Assembly: GCA_951406725.2 (NCBI GenBank)
Contig: OX597815.1
Span: 128,030,001-128,094,000 of the forward strand
Origin: Octopus vulgaris
Taxonomy: Eukaryota
Direction: 5' to 3'
DNA length: 64,000 nt
Made by a program: the position numbers and the translations under genes. Under the pieces are notes generated by a model. That model was given only the letters and a program-made list of their open reading frames with translations. It searched no databases and was not told where the DNA came from. Positions 49,261 to 63,300 of the stretch are shown here, piece after piece (positions within the stretch are counted from its first letter, which is position 1; each line of letters opens with the position of its first letter).

Positions 49261-49639
49261 TTGCTTGTGAGTTTGAAGATGGTATATTTGGAAGTTGACT
49301 GTATACACACATATATCAACTCTTCCATGTGTTAACATGTGCCTCCTAATGACAATGTAAGCTTCATTTAATCAAGATACCCTTGGCCTGAAGAGTAGCC
49401 TGTGGTATACACCTTGCTTGAATATTTACCACTTCTGAGGTTCCACTCGCTATGAAACATATGTAGCTTGCATTTTTTCTACTCCATTTCTTAGCTCGTA
49501 TTTTTATTCACATAATCCACAACTTTCTGCCCTGATAAACCACTATTGTTCCTGAAGGTTGTTTCTTATATTTTCGATGGATTGCTTGATGTTCATCTTC
49601 TTCCTACACCTCAATCCTTGGATCTTACATTTATATATA

Positions 49640-50300
49640 TATGGATGTGGATAGCTGTGTGAAAAAATGCTGATCTCTACCAATGGAGGGAAGCTGTGGA
49701 AGAGGGAGACCCAAGAAGACATGGGATGAGGTACTGAAGCATGATCTTCGATGTTGGGCCTCACAGAGGTAATGACTAGTGACTGAGACCTTTGGTGATA
49801 GGCCATCATTGAGAGACCCATCAAACCAAGTGGAATCATAGTTATAGCCATTTTTGGTGTTATGTAATTGGCACCCACGCTAGTGGCATGTAAAGGGCAC
49901 CTTTCAAGTGTTGGGCCTCACAGAAGCAATGTGGCCAATGCCAATGTCGCATAACTAACACCCATGTCAATGGCACATAAAAAGCACCTTTCAGGTACTG
50001 GGCCTCACAGAGGCAATGACAAATGACTGAGACCTTTGGCAATATGTTATGCTTGAGAAGACCCATCAAGTTAAGTGAAATCATGGTCGTGGCAATCATG
50101 AATGTGGCACCCATGTCAGTGGCATGTAAAAGCACCCATTACATTCTCAGAGTGGTTGGCATTAGTAAGAGCATCCAGCCATAGAAACCATGCCAAATCA
50201 GACTGGAGTTTGGTGCAGCCCCTCAGCTTACCAGCCCTGGTCAAACCATCCAAACCATGCCAGCATGGAAAGCGGATACTAAATGATGATGATGATGATA
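49640..50300 (+). mobile_element. RTE 3' end with rearranged UTR array
   Basis: C-terminal codons, repeated GGGCCTCACAGA.GCAATG and GGCAT.TAAAA.GCACC units, (GAT)n then (TA)n. Confidence 0.8.
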
Positions 50301-50559
50301 TATATATATAGTGTGTGTGTGTGTGTGTGTATGAGAGAGAGAGAGAGAGAAAGAGACAAAGAGGGAGAGAGAGTGTGTCAGAAAATGAGAGACTAACAAC
50401 AAAGCTAGAGATCTTGTATAATTACAATCTTTTGTTATTATTCACATTGTGTGATTACAATAACAAATGTTAACCATCCATTAATAATTGTTATATAATG
50501 AATGTTAGTGATTATTTTGTTGTATAATTTGTATTTATTACTAATTACATGAGTTTATA

Positions 50560-50900
50560 GATTCATGATTGTTACTGAAATGGTATTAGTATCACAAGAC
50601 ACTACATGGGCATGACCACCAATAAATTATGCACAATTTATGCACTCCTTCAGGTGCAAGGATAAGGAAAACTCTACCTCCCTGTCTTGCTTCATCCAGA
50701 AACTCCAAGCCCATCAGAGTGATTTGCTCAGCATCAAATGTAATATCATTGACAAAGCCCCATCTTACTCACCCAGAACTTGCAATTGTCAACTCTGTCT
50801 ATGTGAGAAACTATACATACTCTACTAACCTGCTATATCCATCAATAGGAAAAATGAACTATCTCATTGTCACTAAGGATTTATGAATTTCAAATCACTG
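50560..50900 (+). mobile_element. Penelope-like GIY-YIG remnant
   Basis: YYMGMT..HSFRCKDKENSTSLS..IKCNIIDKAPSYSP..CQLCLCEKLYI. Confidence 0.7.
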
Positions 50901-52174
50901 GCAGCTGGTAATCCAGATATATCACTCTAGGCCTGATTGCCCACACACAACAGGGAGTATTAAGCTATACTGCCAGTAGACTACAGTCCAACCCATGCTG
51001 ATTATCCAGCTTCAACTTTTAACCTAGCACCATCAAATCTGGTGTAACGACTGCCGCCATTTATATATCAACTAACAGCTAAGTCTGGTTTCACCCAGTA
51101 GGTTTGGATGATGTGGCTGTAAAACCTGCTCTGTGAAAGCATTTGACTTGTTTGGGTACGCTTATGTTAAAAAACAATTTTAGAATGACTTTTTTCTGTC
51201 AAAACACTAAAAATAACTGACCAACAAAAAAAACCCAACGAAGATTCAACCAAATCTAAAAACCCAAATACTAAGTGAACAAAAATGAACTATCCCACTT
51301 CCATTGCACGTGCACACGCACACACAAAACACACACACGCACACACACACACCCATTCACATACCCCCCTTTTACATACGCACATATTCACACAGAGTTG
51401 AAGCGTTGCTTGATTTATTTTTTCAGCATGCAATTTTCATCATCCCACTACCAAGTATGACATCACCCCTTCCTTCCTTATTCATCTATCACCCCTTCTT
51501 TTTCATTCATAAACACAAGTGTATTATTAGTGGATTATCTCGGTAACCATGGGAGCTATGAAAAAAATACAAAGCCCAGCATTACCACTGGATCATTCTA
51601 CATGTTTGTGTAATTTTTCGTGCAATTCCACCCAACTGTTTGACTGTGAATCCCAAGACAAGAAAGAATTGCCCATGTCAAATTTGTATGTATAGATACT
51701 CCACTAAATGACCACCAAGCTACTGAACTCATGACAACACCCCCATCTTGCCATGTGTAGCATCAAATGCAATGAACTGACATCCCTCCAAATATTTTAC
51801 TGCAGCATACTGTCTTAGTGGTGTAGCTCCTTGCCAACATCTGTTTGAGCACATAGGCCTAAGGAAAAAGAAAAAGGTGATATCACTTCCACAGCAATAA
51901 CACCTCATGACCTGAGCTGAATAATAGAAACCTAGAATCTAGAAGCCATCGTAAATTTGTCTCAAATCCTATTGCTCTTCTTTAGATACTCAATGAGATG
52001 GATTCGTCCTATGAGCCCATGGAACATTAAGTCATATGGAACTGAATCAAACTGTTATTAAATAATTGATATATGTATATGTATGTGTGTGTATGAATAA
52101 ATGTACATGTATATATGGATGTAGTATGTATACAGGTATGTAATGTATGTATGCATGTATTTATGTCTCTTCTA

Positions 52175-52595
52175 TTTTTTAATTATTATAAATCTTCCAC
52201 TGAGGCGGGAGCTGGTTTCAACAAAGATACAAGGCTCCATTTTTGGAATGAAGTTAACAGACAAATTTACATTTGAACTTGAGAAAAGTTTTCCATAATT
52301 TTACTGTTCCACTCACAGATTGGACTTGTATGAATCAGCTTGTGAATTTCTCTTTCTGAAAATCCCAATTTATCCAGATTCTCCTTAAAGCATTTACTAA
52401 CAAAACCTAGTGCTCCAATTATTATTGGCCTGAATATGAATTCATATTCTGGATATAAAAGTTGGAGGTTTCGAAGCAATTGTCCATAGATATCCTCTTT
52501 CGCTTTGATTTTTCAAAGCGATATTTATATCTGCAGGACAGGTAATTTCGGTGATGGTACATACCCTTTGTTCCTCTGTCCCAAACAACAATATA
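52175..52595 (-). mobile_element. RLE-type LINE C-terminal fragment
   Basis: IVVWDR..EITCPADIN..LLYPEYEFIFRPIIIGALG. Confidence 0.75.
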
Positions 52596-52997
52596 TAGAG
52601 ACTTGGTATCTAGTATGCGTGTGTGAAAATGTGGGTATATGTGTGTTCTGTAAGCTTTAAATGTTGGTTGACTCACCCCATAAAACTTAAGTGTTTATGT
52701 AATGTATAAACAGTAAGTCTGCCAAACATGGACCCTGATTAAATCAGAAACAACAACCAGCAATATAGGTTTTATTTTCAGGATATTATTTTTATTTTAT
52801 TATTCTCTTTGTGAAATAATATCTAACTCTAAGGACAACTCACTGTTGATCATTATATAGAGACTAGGCATCTAGTATGTGTGTGCGAAAATGTGGGTGT
52901 ATGTGTGTTCTGTAAGCTTTAAATGTTGGTTGACTCACCTCATAAAACCTAAGTGTTTATGTAACATATGAACAGTAAGTCTGCCAAACATGGACCC
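52592..52997. repeat. 144-bp direct repeat, period 262
   Basis: 52592-52735 and 52854-52997 (TATATAGAGACT..CCAAACATGGACCC). Confidence 0.85.
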
Positions 52998-54734
52998 ATC
53001 CTTACAATCAGGTAATATGCTTCACTGAAAGTCACACCTACTTTGCTGCTTGTGATTTCCATTTCCAGATCAACTCTGATTAAGCAGACTCATGATCAAA
53101 GCTATTCTGGTTATGACTATTTTCAGCTTTGAATGAAAGGCATTCTGGCTCTTTTACCCCACAGACAGAAATAGCAGAGTTCAATATAAGGAGTTATTTT
53201 GGAAAAGGATGGAAATAAGAAGTATAAAGGGAAATAAGAGAATAAAAGTAGAAATAAAGATATATGTAGGATATTATAGTTGCAGTTCCATTATCCAAGG
53301 AAAGTGGTGTGCAGAAGTGATAGAAATGCTTCTTGTCCATAGTATATAAATTCCAATAGGAGTTCATATTTTGTCATTACAAATAGAAAGTATGGTGACA
53401 TAGATTCAAAGGGGTCTTGTGGTGTGAGTGAAATTTTGAGAAAGTAGATAGAGAGGAGAGAAAAGATGTGTATGTTAAAATAAGGAGTATGGTCAAAAGG
53501 AATGTGAGGAAAGAAGAAAAAAAGAAAGAGGAAGAGAAAATGAAAAAAGGAGTATTACTTGGTGGTCAAGATGTGATAACGGGGATGGGAGAGGGGAAGA
53601 GGAAGGATAGGAAGCGATAAAAATGTAAGGAATGAATATGTGTGAGGAGTGGGGGTGAGGTGGAGGGATGGGTACAGTGGGGGGAGGGGTTACTAAAGTG
53701 AGTAGTGAACCTTAAAAAGAAAGGCAAGAATAATAAGATATAATGGTCAAGTTTCTAAAAATAGATGGAGGTGTATATTGTACTGGCTGAAGAATCAGAA
53801 AGAGAAAGAATGAAGTGTATATTGATATACGCATGCACACACACACACATGCATATACATGTGTATGTGCACTATTATATAGGCCCGCATACTTATGTAC
53901 TTAAACCTATACACATATATGCATAGATATATATGCACACACACACACACATACACCTATAAATATATGCATACACATATACACGTACACACACGCACAC
54001 ACACACACACACACACATAAATATACCCATACATGTGCACACATACATATATATATGTCCATATATGTATTATTAAACAATTAAAAAATAAGATTGAAGA
54101 GTTGAATAATTAAAAATGGAGACAATGGAAAGTCAAATAGGGTTGCTGGAGATTAGCTAAAGGGAGTTCAGGATATGTACTGTGTTTTGATTTAGGCTGC
54201 ATTTAGATTTGTGGTAAAATTTGAAGGTATGGAAAAAGTAGTGGTTGCATGTACCTAGGGCCTCATTATATTTATTTAGTAGTATTGAAAAGTTGTTTTG
54301 ATATGTGGAATGTCTCTTTTAGGCATAACTTACAGGTTAGAAGCCCTGAATCTGTTATGTACCATGACAAGCTGTATGCAATATTTCTATTTTTGAGATG
54401 ATGTATGTGGCTGGTGAGTGTTGTGGATTAATTGAGTTTCTCATATCTATAAGAATTGAGATGTGCAGCGTATCACTGTTTAAAATTTAAAGGTGTCCCT
54501 ATATATATGGTTGTAGAATTGTGTAACATGTTGAGGACAGTGCATTTATAAGTTACATTAGATCTTCTGCTATGGATTTGTAGAAGGCAGACGGACCTAA
54601 AACAACAGTTAATTGGTAGTGCATTGTGAGGGTTATTCTCAGGAATGGAGGAGCTAATACCGTTTAAGGAGAAGTTAGAGATGGGAGTAGATTGGTCTAT
54701 GTTATTAACGTTATTATTATTATTACTATTTCTA

Positions 54735-56525
54735 TACAACAGGAACAACAACAAGGATTGCAGCAGCAAATGTTACACTTAATCAAGTTGATAACCAATC
54801 TGGAGAATACATTATCACCTGACCATGTAGCAAATTCCATAAGCGAATTCAAATATGACCCCAGAGAAGGAGTAACTTTCAAGGCTTACTTTCGAAGATT
54901 TCAACAAATCTTTGAAAAAGAATGCCAGGACTGGACGAACGATATGAAAATGCCTCTAGTTTTAAGAAAACTAGCAACAGCAGAGCATGAGAAGTATAGT
55001 AACTTCATATTGCAAAAAAGAGCATCCAACATAAATTTCATCAGTACAGTTGACATTTTGTGTAAAATGTTTAAACATAGAATAGAGTGAAGACAAAGAC
55101 TTCACTACTCACACAGGCAGTCAACAAAGAATGTGAAAGATTTAGATTAGATATGCTTACTCCAGATTCTTTCAAGTGTTTGATTTTTACACAAGGATTG
55201 ACAGATAGAAGGGATGCAGAAATATGAATGAAAATTCAATTGAAATTTGAAATGGACCAGGATCTGACATTGCAGAAATTGTCAGAAGAGTGTAACTGGA
55301 TATTAAAATTTAGACATAACACAAAAGAAATTTAACAGAAAGAGTGTTTCCACATAAGATCAGTGCAAAAATGTCAGAAGACAAAGTGTTGCAAGAAAAA
55401 CAGAAAAAATATCTAGCGGTAGATCCATATATGGCATGGGGTGGGATGCACCTGAAAAAAGATTGTCTGTATAAAAAAACAAAGTGCTTTCACTGCATGT
55501 TTACAGGACATATAAAATCACACTACAAAGCTTGAATGATAGGAAAATGGAACAAACAAGAAAAAATAAATAGTTTGTCAGCAGAAAAAATTGAGACAAA
55601 CAGAAAATTCATGAATGGGAAAATTGAAAATACTAGTGTCAGAATGCAATTAGATGAAGAAATGATATCACAATCATATATAAGAAAACATGGGAACAAA
55701 TGACTAAACCAACATTATGTAGTTCAAACAAAATAGCATATCGTGCTACGGGAAGAAAATTATATTTCATAGGCATTTGTAATAAAATGTTCCAAGTTAA
55801 TGTTTATGTGTTGAAAAAAATCTATTTGGCACTGAATGTACGGAGAAATTTAATTTATGAGATACACCCATAAGCAATTTGTACAATAACGTAAACAGAG
55901 CAGTCATACGACTGAAGGAGGTAGATGAACTGAAACAAAAAAAGTGATGTGGAACATCGTGTGTGCCCTACCAGTAACTTTGGAAGAAATCAAAAGAAAT
56001 GCAAGAAATGACAAATTTATTAATGAGACAAACAGAAAACTTTGGTTAGCAAAAGGAAATAAAGAAATGTCTGATGCAAAGAACTGCTAAGATGTGAACG
56101 TGTACTCTATATGTGAAGGTGTACTAATGTACGCTCAAAGGGTAGTAGTCATACCACAGATATTACAGGAGAGAATGCTAGAAGAGTTTCATGTGGGACA
56201 CCCATGAATATCTACAATGAAAGCATTGATGCAAAGTTTTGTATACTGGCCAAGCATGAACAAGGAAGTCAAAAACCTGGTAAAAGGCTGCAGAGGATAT
56301 GTGCTGGCAGTGAAACTGCCTACTACAAAATGTGAGCCTTGGCCAGAAGTGAAAATACTATGGTCCAGATTGCATATCGATTTTGCAAGCCTGCTAAATG
56401 AATATTATTACTTAATAGTGATGGACAGCTACACAAAATGGCCTGAGGTGTAAACGACCAGCCTCAAACACAGTAATAAACTTCTTACAACAGCTGTTCA
56501 CAAGATTTGGTGCCGTACAGTGCCA
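54735..56525 (+). mobile_element. Second Gypsy remnant (gag-PR, RT deleted, integrase)
   Basis: LSPDHVANSISEFKYDP..YFRRF; integrase H2C2 HVGHP..VYWP..C; WSRLHIDFA..MDSYTKWPEV. Confidence 0.85.
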
Positions 56526-56942
56526 GATAGAACCATTCTGTTGACGACTTCAGAAAATAAAAATATCTGTCAGAGCAACAACCAGCATCAAAAGACAGAT
56601 ACAACAGTGGCAAAAAACTGCTTTACAACAAAAGCATAAATAAGAATGGAGAAAATTACTTCTTTAATTGATGATTACACCATATATTATTGATGATTGT
56701 TTTTACTGAGACAGCATATTTAGATACAGAGAAAAGATACAAAATAGCAATGAAATGAATATATCCAAAAATTTATGCTAACACAATGTTAAGGTAACCC
56801 AAAACAGGTAAAATTCAAAGTGAACTGAGATAAATATTTTAAAGCATGAATGTATACAAAAGGAATGTTAAAAGGAAACATAGTAATCTAAGAAAAGCCA
56901 TACAGTTCTATATTTAAGAGCTGAGGAATTACATACATTATG

Positions 56943-57111
56943 TACATTATTTATATTTGATGGATATGTGCCCTTATCTTTGTTGTTAACACAACGTTTT
57001 GGCTGATATACCCTCCCCAAGACACCTGATGAAGGCTAGAGGGTATATCAGCCAAAACGTTTTAACAACAAACAAGATGAGGACAAATATTCGTCAAATG
57101 TAAATAATGTA
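56943..57111 (+). ncRNA. Fold-back with a near-complete type I hammerhead (57021-57065)
   Basis: GACAC-CTGATGA-A-GGCT..AGCC-AAAAC-GTT, with GTGTT supplied by the left arm; the conserved G of GAAA is A in both arms. Confidence 0.65.
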
Positions 57112-57299
57112 AGAAAAGTCAGTTTAGTATTTAAACTTATGATGATGTCAGAAGATAATAAAAGAATGAAAAATATGCATAGAAATTCTATGTCATGACA
57201 TTTAGTTATCTAGCTATTTATATCCACTAAAAAACATTTAGAAAAATTATGCTTATAAGATTACTGGAGAAGCAGTTATAGTTAAGGTATTATTTACTA

Positions 57300-59630
57300 T
57301 TCACCATCATTATCATCATCATCATCATCATTTAACGTCCATTGTCCATGATAGCATGGGTAGGATGGTTTGACTGGGCTGGCAATCTGGAAGGCTGCAC
57401 GAGACCCCATTCTGATTTGGCATGGTTTTCTATGGTTGGATGCCCATCCTAATGCCAACCACTCCAAGAGTGTAATAGGTGCTTTAACATGCCACCTGCA
57501 CAGGTGCCATTTGTGTGACACCAGATGTTTTTACGTGCCACCAGCACACATGCCACTTTGTGTGATATTGGTATCTGACACGACTGCAATTTTGCTCAGC
57601 TTGATGGATCTTCTCAAGCATGACATAATGCTAAAGGTCTCAGTCATTGCCTCTGTGAGGCCCAACACTCGAAAGGAACTCAGCCACTTTGCCTCCATAA
57701 AGCCCATCACTCGAAAGGTGCTCTTTATGTGCCACCAGCACAGGTGCACTTGGCTTGTCAGGTCCTCTCAAGCACAACACATTGCCAAAGGACTTGGTCG
57801 CTCGTCATTGCCTCTGTGAGGCTCAAAGTTCAAAGATCGTGCTTCACCATCTCATCCCATGTCTTCCTGGGTCTACCTCTACCACAGGTTCCCTCCACAG
57901 TTACAGATTGATACTTCTTTACACAGCTGTCCTCGTCCATATGCATCACATGACAATACCAGCACAGTTGTCTCTCTTGCACACCACATCTGATGCTGCT
58001 TATGCCCAACTTTTCTCTCAAGATGCTTACACTCTGTCAAACATGCGCACTGACATTTCACATCTAGTAAAGCATCCTGGCTTCATTTCTTTCAAGCCTA
58101 CGCAAGTCGTCGGATGTCACAGCCCATGTTTCACTGCCATGCAGCATAGCTGTTCACACACAGATATCTAACAATCTGCCTTTCACTCTGAGAGAGAGGC
58201 CCTTTGTTGCAGCAGGGGTAGGAGCTCTGTGAACTTTGCCCAACCTATTCTTATTCTCACAGCTATGCTCTTGAGGCATCCACCTCAACTACTAACTTGG
58301 TCACCTAAATAATGGAAGCTATCTACAACTTCTAACTTGCCCTACTAGCAGTTGATGGAGTCAATTTTCAGTATTTATTGTACCTGTGCATCTTCCACAT
58401 ACATAAGTTAGTTTCCCTGTTAACCTTCCACTGATATTGCTGCCCTTCTTTTGTGTCCACAGCTTACACTGGGTACATCTTATGGAGTTTCTACCTACAC
58501 CTTTTCTACATTTCGAGGAGGGTCATCTAGGAAGAGAGGGCTGAGCACCGATCCTTGGTGAACCCCTACTTGTACCCTGAATTCTTTGCTGTACTCATTG
58601 TCAACCATCACCTTACTGGTAGCATCCCTGTATATAGCTTGTACAGTGCTCACCAACCACTTGTCTATCCCTAATTCAACATTGACAACAAGATAAGGGA
58701 TTGGAGGGCCCTATCAAAGGCTTTCTCCGAGTCAACAAAGGCAAAGTACAGAGATTTATCTTTGGCTATGTATTTCTCCTGCAGCAACCTTACCAGAAAT
58801 ATAGCATCAGTGGTACTTCTTCCTGGCACAAACGCAAACTGCATCTCATCTAAGCTAACTCTCTCCCTAATTAGTTGGGTTATGCCCCTCTCCATAACTT
58901 TCATCACCTGATCCAGAAATTTGATACCTCTGTAATTATTTCTATCTGAAGCATCACCTTTACCTTTGTAGCAGTTGACTATGGTGCTGCCACACCAGTC
59001 ATTGGGTATGACTCCTTCATGAGCCACTTGATTTACAATACAGGTGACTAGACCATAACCCACACAGACAGATATTTCAAGCATCTCAACAATGATTCCA
59101 GATGGGCCAGGGGCTTTTCCTGTCTCTGTATCCTTAACTGCTTCTTCTACCATGGAACTGACAGTTCAGGTGGCCAGTCCCTCAATTGGGTCAATATTTG
59201 GCAGACTTTCCTCCTCCCACTCATTCTCTACATCCAGCAGTCTTTCATAATGGAATTTCCAAGCCTCTTTCTTTGAAAGTGCACCATCATCCATGCAGAT
59301 ACATTTCTCTCCTATGACATTGTGATTTTCTCATACAGCCCAAAACACTTCAATTCTTTGGTCCTCATGTCACTGAACATAAGCAAACTTCTTTTCTGCT
59401 TCTCCCTTGTCTAAATATACTTGTCTCCTAGCATCCCTTCTGGCAATCTGATACAGTTCCCTGCTACCCCCATTCTTCTGGGCCTTCCAGGCCTGTTCCT
59501 TAGCTCTAATGGCCCTGTCTACTGCATTGTTCACCCACCACATTACCCTAGGTCTGAATGGGACTTTGCACCAACCACAGATTTAGTCTGTGGCACTCAG
59601 CAAGCTGTCCCTCAGGAATTCCCAGTTACT
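57300..59630 (-). mobile_element. Degenerate RTE copy with YADD region deleted
   Basis: KAPGPSG..NNYRGIK..QFAF..EKAFD, PHD, C-terminus, UTR array, (GAT)n. Confidence 0.9.
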
Positions 59631-59849
59631 ATTGAAATATTTAAATACTTTTCTATATTTGTGGGAATGTTTCAACATAAGAATGGCTCCACACTTTAAT
59701 GATTTTAATTTTGAAGTAATTATATAATACATATATAATACAACTACCAGTATTGTACAAGGAACAAACTAATAAGGAATTGCATCATCATCATCATCAT
59801 CATCATCATTTAACGTCCGTTTTCTGTGCTAGGACAGGTTGGATGGAGA

Positions 59850-60320
59850 TCTTTCTTTTTTTTTCCACCACAACAATGTCCAGTTTCTAATATCTGGTGA
59901 GGTAATCACAGTGAATCATTGCATCCCACAAGATTTTGCAATTCTCCTTCTCGGTGACTCGTTCTGGAGTTTTCTCATACCATTTCTTTGCTTTTTGTAG
60001 GCTGTGATTTCCACAGAGCTCCCAATGGATCATTCTTGTCACATTATCATGGTGTCTTTGTATTCACATTGTGCCAATTTCGGGCTCTCAGTAATGATGT
60101 GCCATACTGTTTCGCCCCACTCGCCATACATTCTGCATTTGTTGCTATCAGCAGTGTTGTCTATTCTGCACTTCATATAGTTGGTCCTTAACACTTGTTC
60201 CTGAGCTGCACATATGAGTGCTTCTGTCTCTCTCTTCAGGTCACTCCTCTTCATTCATAGCCCCCAGTCCTCTGTATCTGTCTTGGTATTCACATCTCTT
60301 GCAAACTAACAGTACATTTT
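59850..60320 (-). mobile_element. Older R4/Dong-like fragment
   Basis: LKRETEALICAAQEQ..KCRM..ETVWHII..IHWELC..ILWD. Confidence 0.8.
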
Positions 60321-60321
60321 C

Positions 60322-60362
<41 letters not shown>

Positions 60363-63300
60363 TATGTTTGACTTTTGCTTTATATTTGTACAAGTTGGCT
60401 CCAAGTCTCACCCAGAGACCTCAAGAGACAACAGGGTTGGAAGTTCATGTTGTTGTTATGCCTAGTGTGCCATATATTTGGGGGGTGGGGATGTTGTACT
60501 AATGAATGTCTAAAAATAAAAAAAAAAAAGGTTTTTTTTTTTGTTTTTTTTTTTAAACCGAAAATTATGTTTGTTTTAAACCTTGAGATTACATAGAGAG
60601 TATTTTGCGTAGGATATGAGCAGTTCCCATGAGCACTATCTTTTGAACTTCTGCCATTTTTGGGTTTCCTGGTATCTGAGTTAGGTAGCTATCAGCCCCT
60701 TTTGCTATCATTCCCAGGGCACCTATGACAACAGGTATTGTTTTAGTCTTCAGCTTCCACATTTTGCTGATTTCTATTTCAAGATCTTTATATTTGCTCA
60801 GTTTTTGGTAGGTCTTGACAGATACGTTTATATCGATTGGGACAGTCATATCAATGAGGAGGCATGTTCTTTGTTTGAAGTTTTTCAATATGATGTCTGG
60901 CCTATTTGCATCTATCTTCCTGTCAGTTTGAATGGTGAAGTTCCAGAGGAGTGAGATGTGGTCATTTTCAAGCACTGGGGGTGGTTTGTGTTCCCACCAG
61001 TTTTTTTCATGGGGCAAATCCAGGTTTTTACAGATTACCCAGTGAATATATTGTGCAGCTCTATCGTGCCTGTTGAGATACTCTGTAGGCGCTAGAAGAC
61101 TGCACTTGGAGACCACATGGTCAATGGTTTCATTTTGTTGCTTGCATACACGACACGTTGGACTGCTTCTGATCTTTAATATGTTGGCCTGGTAGTTTCT
61201 TGTTGGTAGGCATTGATCTTGAGCTGCTATGATAAACCCCTCTGTTTCAGATTTTAAGCCAGAGGCCATTAGCCATTGATGGGTCAGGGCTTTGTCGATA
61301 TCTGCATTATTCGCTCTCTTTGGGTATTTGCCATAGAGAGGTTTTTCTTGCCATTTATTATTCAGAATATCTAAGGCCGCAGTTTTGGCACGGGTTTTCA
61401 TGCGCCTAGCTTTTTCTGTGCTTGTTTCTTGTATATCTATCTCCGAAATTGGTTGTATTCGGAATTCACTTAGATATTCCTTTGCCTGTTTTGTGACTGA
61501 GTATGATGCTTTCTTGTTTTCATGTTTTGAGACAAGTTTTAGCATCCAGTCCTCAGAGTTTTTCAGGTAGGTGTCTAGGCCAATTGTAGCAATCTTCATT
61601 GTTATTGCCAGTTGCAAAAGACCACGGCCTCCCTCTTTTCTTGGCAGATAGAGTCGTTCTGTATCTGCCTTAGGGTGGTGCATTCTATGCATTGTCAACA
61701 GTTTCCTTATTTTTCTGTCGAGCTGACATATTTCAGTAATTGACCAGTTAACAATATTGAAACTGTAAGTCACGACTGGTATAGCTAATGCATTGATTGC
61801 TTCGATCCTGTTTCTTGCATTCAGCTCTGTCTTGAGTATTGCTCTCACTCTTCGATAGCATTCTCTCCTGATCCTTTCCTTCATCTCTGAATGCCTTATT
61901 CCGTTCCCTTCAATTATCCCTAGGTACTTGTAGCTCTCCGCTGGGTCTAGTTCTTTTATGACATTCTGTTGGTCAAGGTTAACGTTAGATGTTTCTGTCA
62001 TTTTTCCTTTGATAAAGGTAGCCTTTGCACATTTATCGAGGCCGAATTGCATTCTGATGTCGTCACTGAATTGTTTGACTATCGCTAGTAAGCCCTTGAG
62101 TTGTTGATCATTTTTTGCAAAAAGCTTTAAATCATCCATGTAAACGAGATGATTTATATTTTTATCAAACATTTTATACCCGTACTGCGCGTCATTGAGC
62201 AGCTTTGAGAGAGGTATTAAGGATAAACAAAAGAGGAGTGGTGACAGTGAGTCACCCTGGAAAATGCCACACGAAATTTTTACATCACCAGCATTTAGGA
62301 ATTCACTGTCACTGTTCAGAGTTAGTGTGGTTCTCCATGATCTCATACTTACAGTCAAGAAGTTTCGCAGAGTTGGTGCTATCTTATACATTTCAAGGCA
62401 TTTTCTAATCCAGCTATGTGGTAGGCTATCAAAAGCCTTTTTATAGTCTATCCAGGCTATTGATAAGTTTTTGTGTCGTTTGTGACAATCTTCTAAGATC
62501 ATCTTATTGATGAGTAGTTGGTCTTTACAGCCGTAGGATCCACGTTTACATCCTTTCTGTTCATTAGGGAATATGCTGCTGTCTGTTAAAAAACTATAGG
62601 TATATTCCGTCAGGACAGATGTTAGTGTTTTGTACATAGTTGTTAAGCAAGTTATGGGTCTATAGTTTTTTGGTTCATTTGTTTCTTCACTTTTTGGAAG
62701 CAGGAATGTTAACCCATTAACTAGCCAAGGAGGCATCCTACTAGGGTGTTGCAAAACATCATTGTACAGTTCTGTTAGCAGTTCATGGCTCTCTGGGAAG
62801 GCATTCAGCCAGAAGTTAGGAATTTTATCCTTTCCTGGAGACTTCCATTTGCTTGACCTCCTGAGAGCAGATCTTATATCTTCTACCTTGACACCCTCCC
62901 ACTTTTGCTCTTCTAAGGGGTCCAGTTCTGTAGATATTCTGTCAATCCAGGGGGCCTTTTCGTTGTGTGTTTTTTCTTCTGCCCAGATTTTATTCCAAAA
63001 TCTCTGCACTTCTTCTTTTGATGGTACAGACCCTGCAGTAAACGCTGTTTTTCCTATCTTCCGGTAAAAATTCTTGGTGTTATTTTTGAACATGTTGTTG
63101 TCCTTGAAAAATCTAACACGCTTTTCATACCTCGCTATGCGGGCAGCTTTGGCAGATACCTTTTGTTTGATGGTTTCTATGGTGGCATCAATATCAAGTA
63201 TAGTTTTCATATTGTATTTTTTCAGTAATTTTTGGGTTTTTGTAGGTTTGGTAATCTTGTGAGCCTTAAGGTTTTTCAAATATTCAATGTCAGATCTAAA

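Noticed and set aside
53130-54470. Purine-rich region faintly resembling a decayed Penelope RT on the minus strand
   Set aside because: Motifs too eroded to support by eye; needs a profile search.
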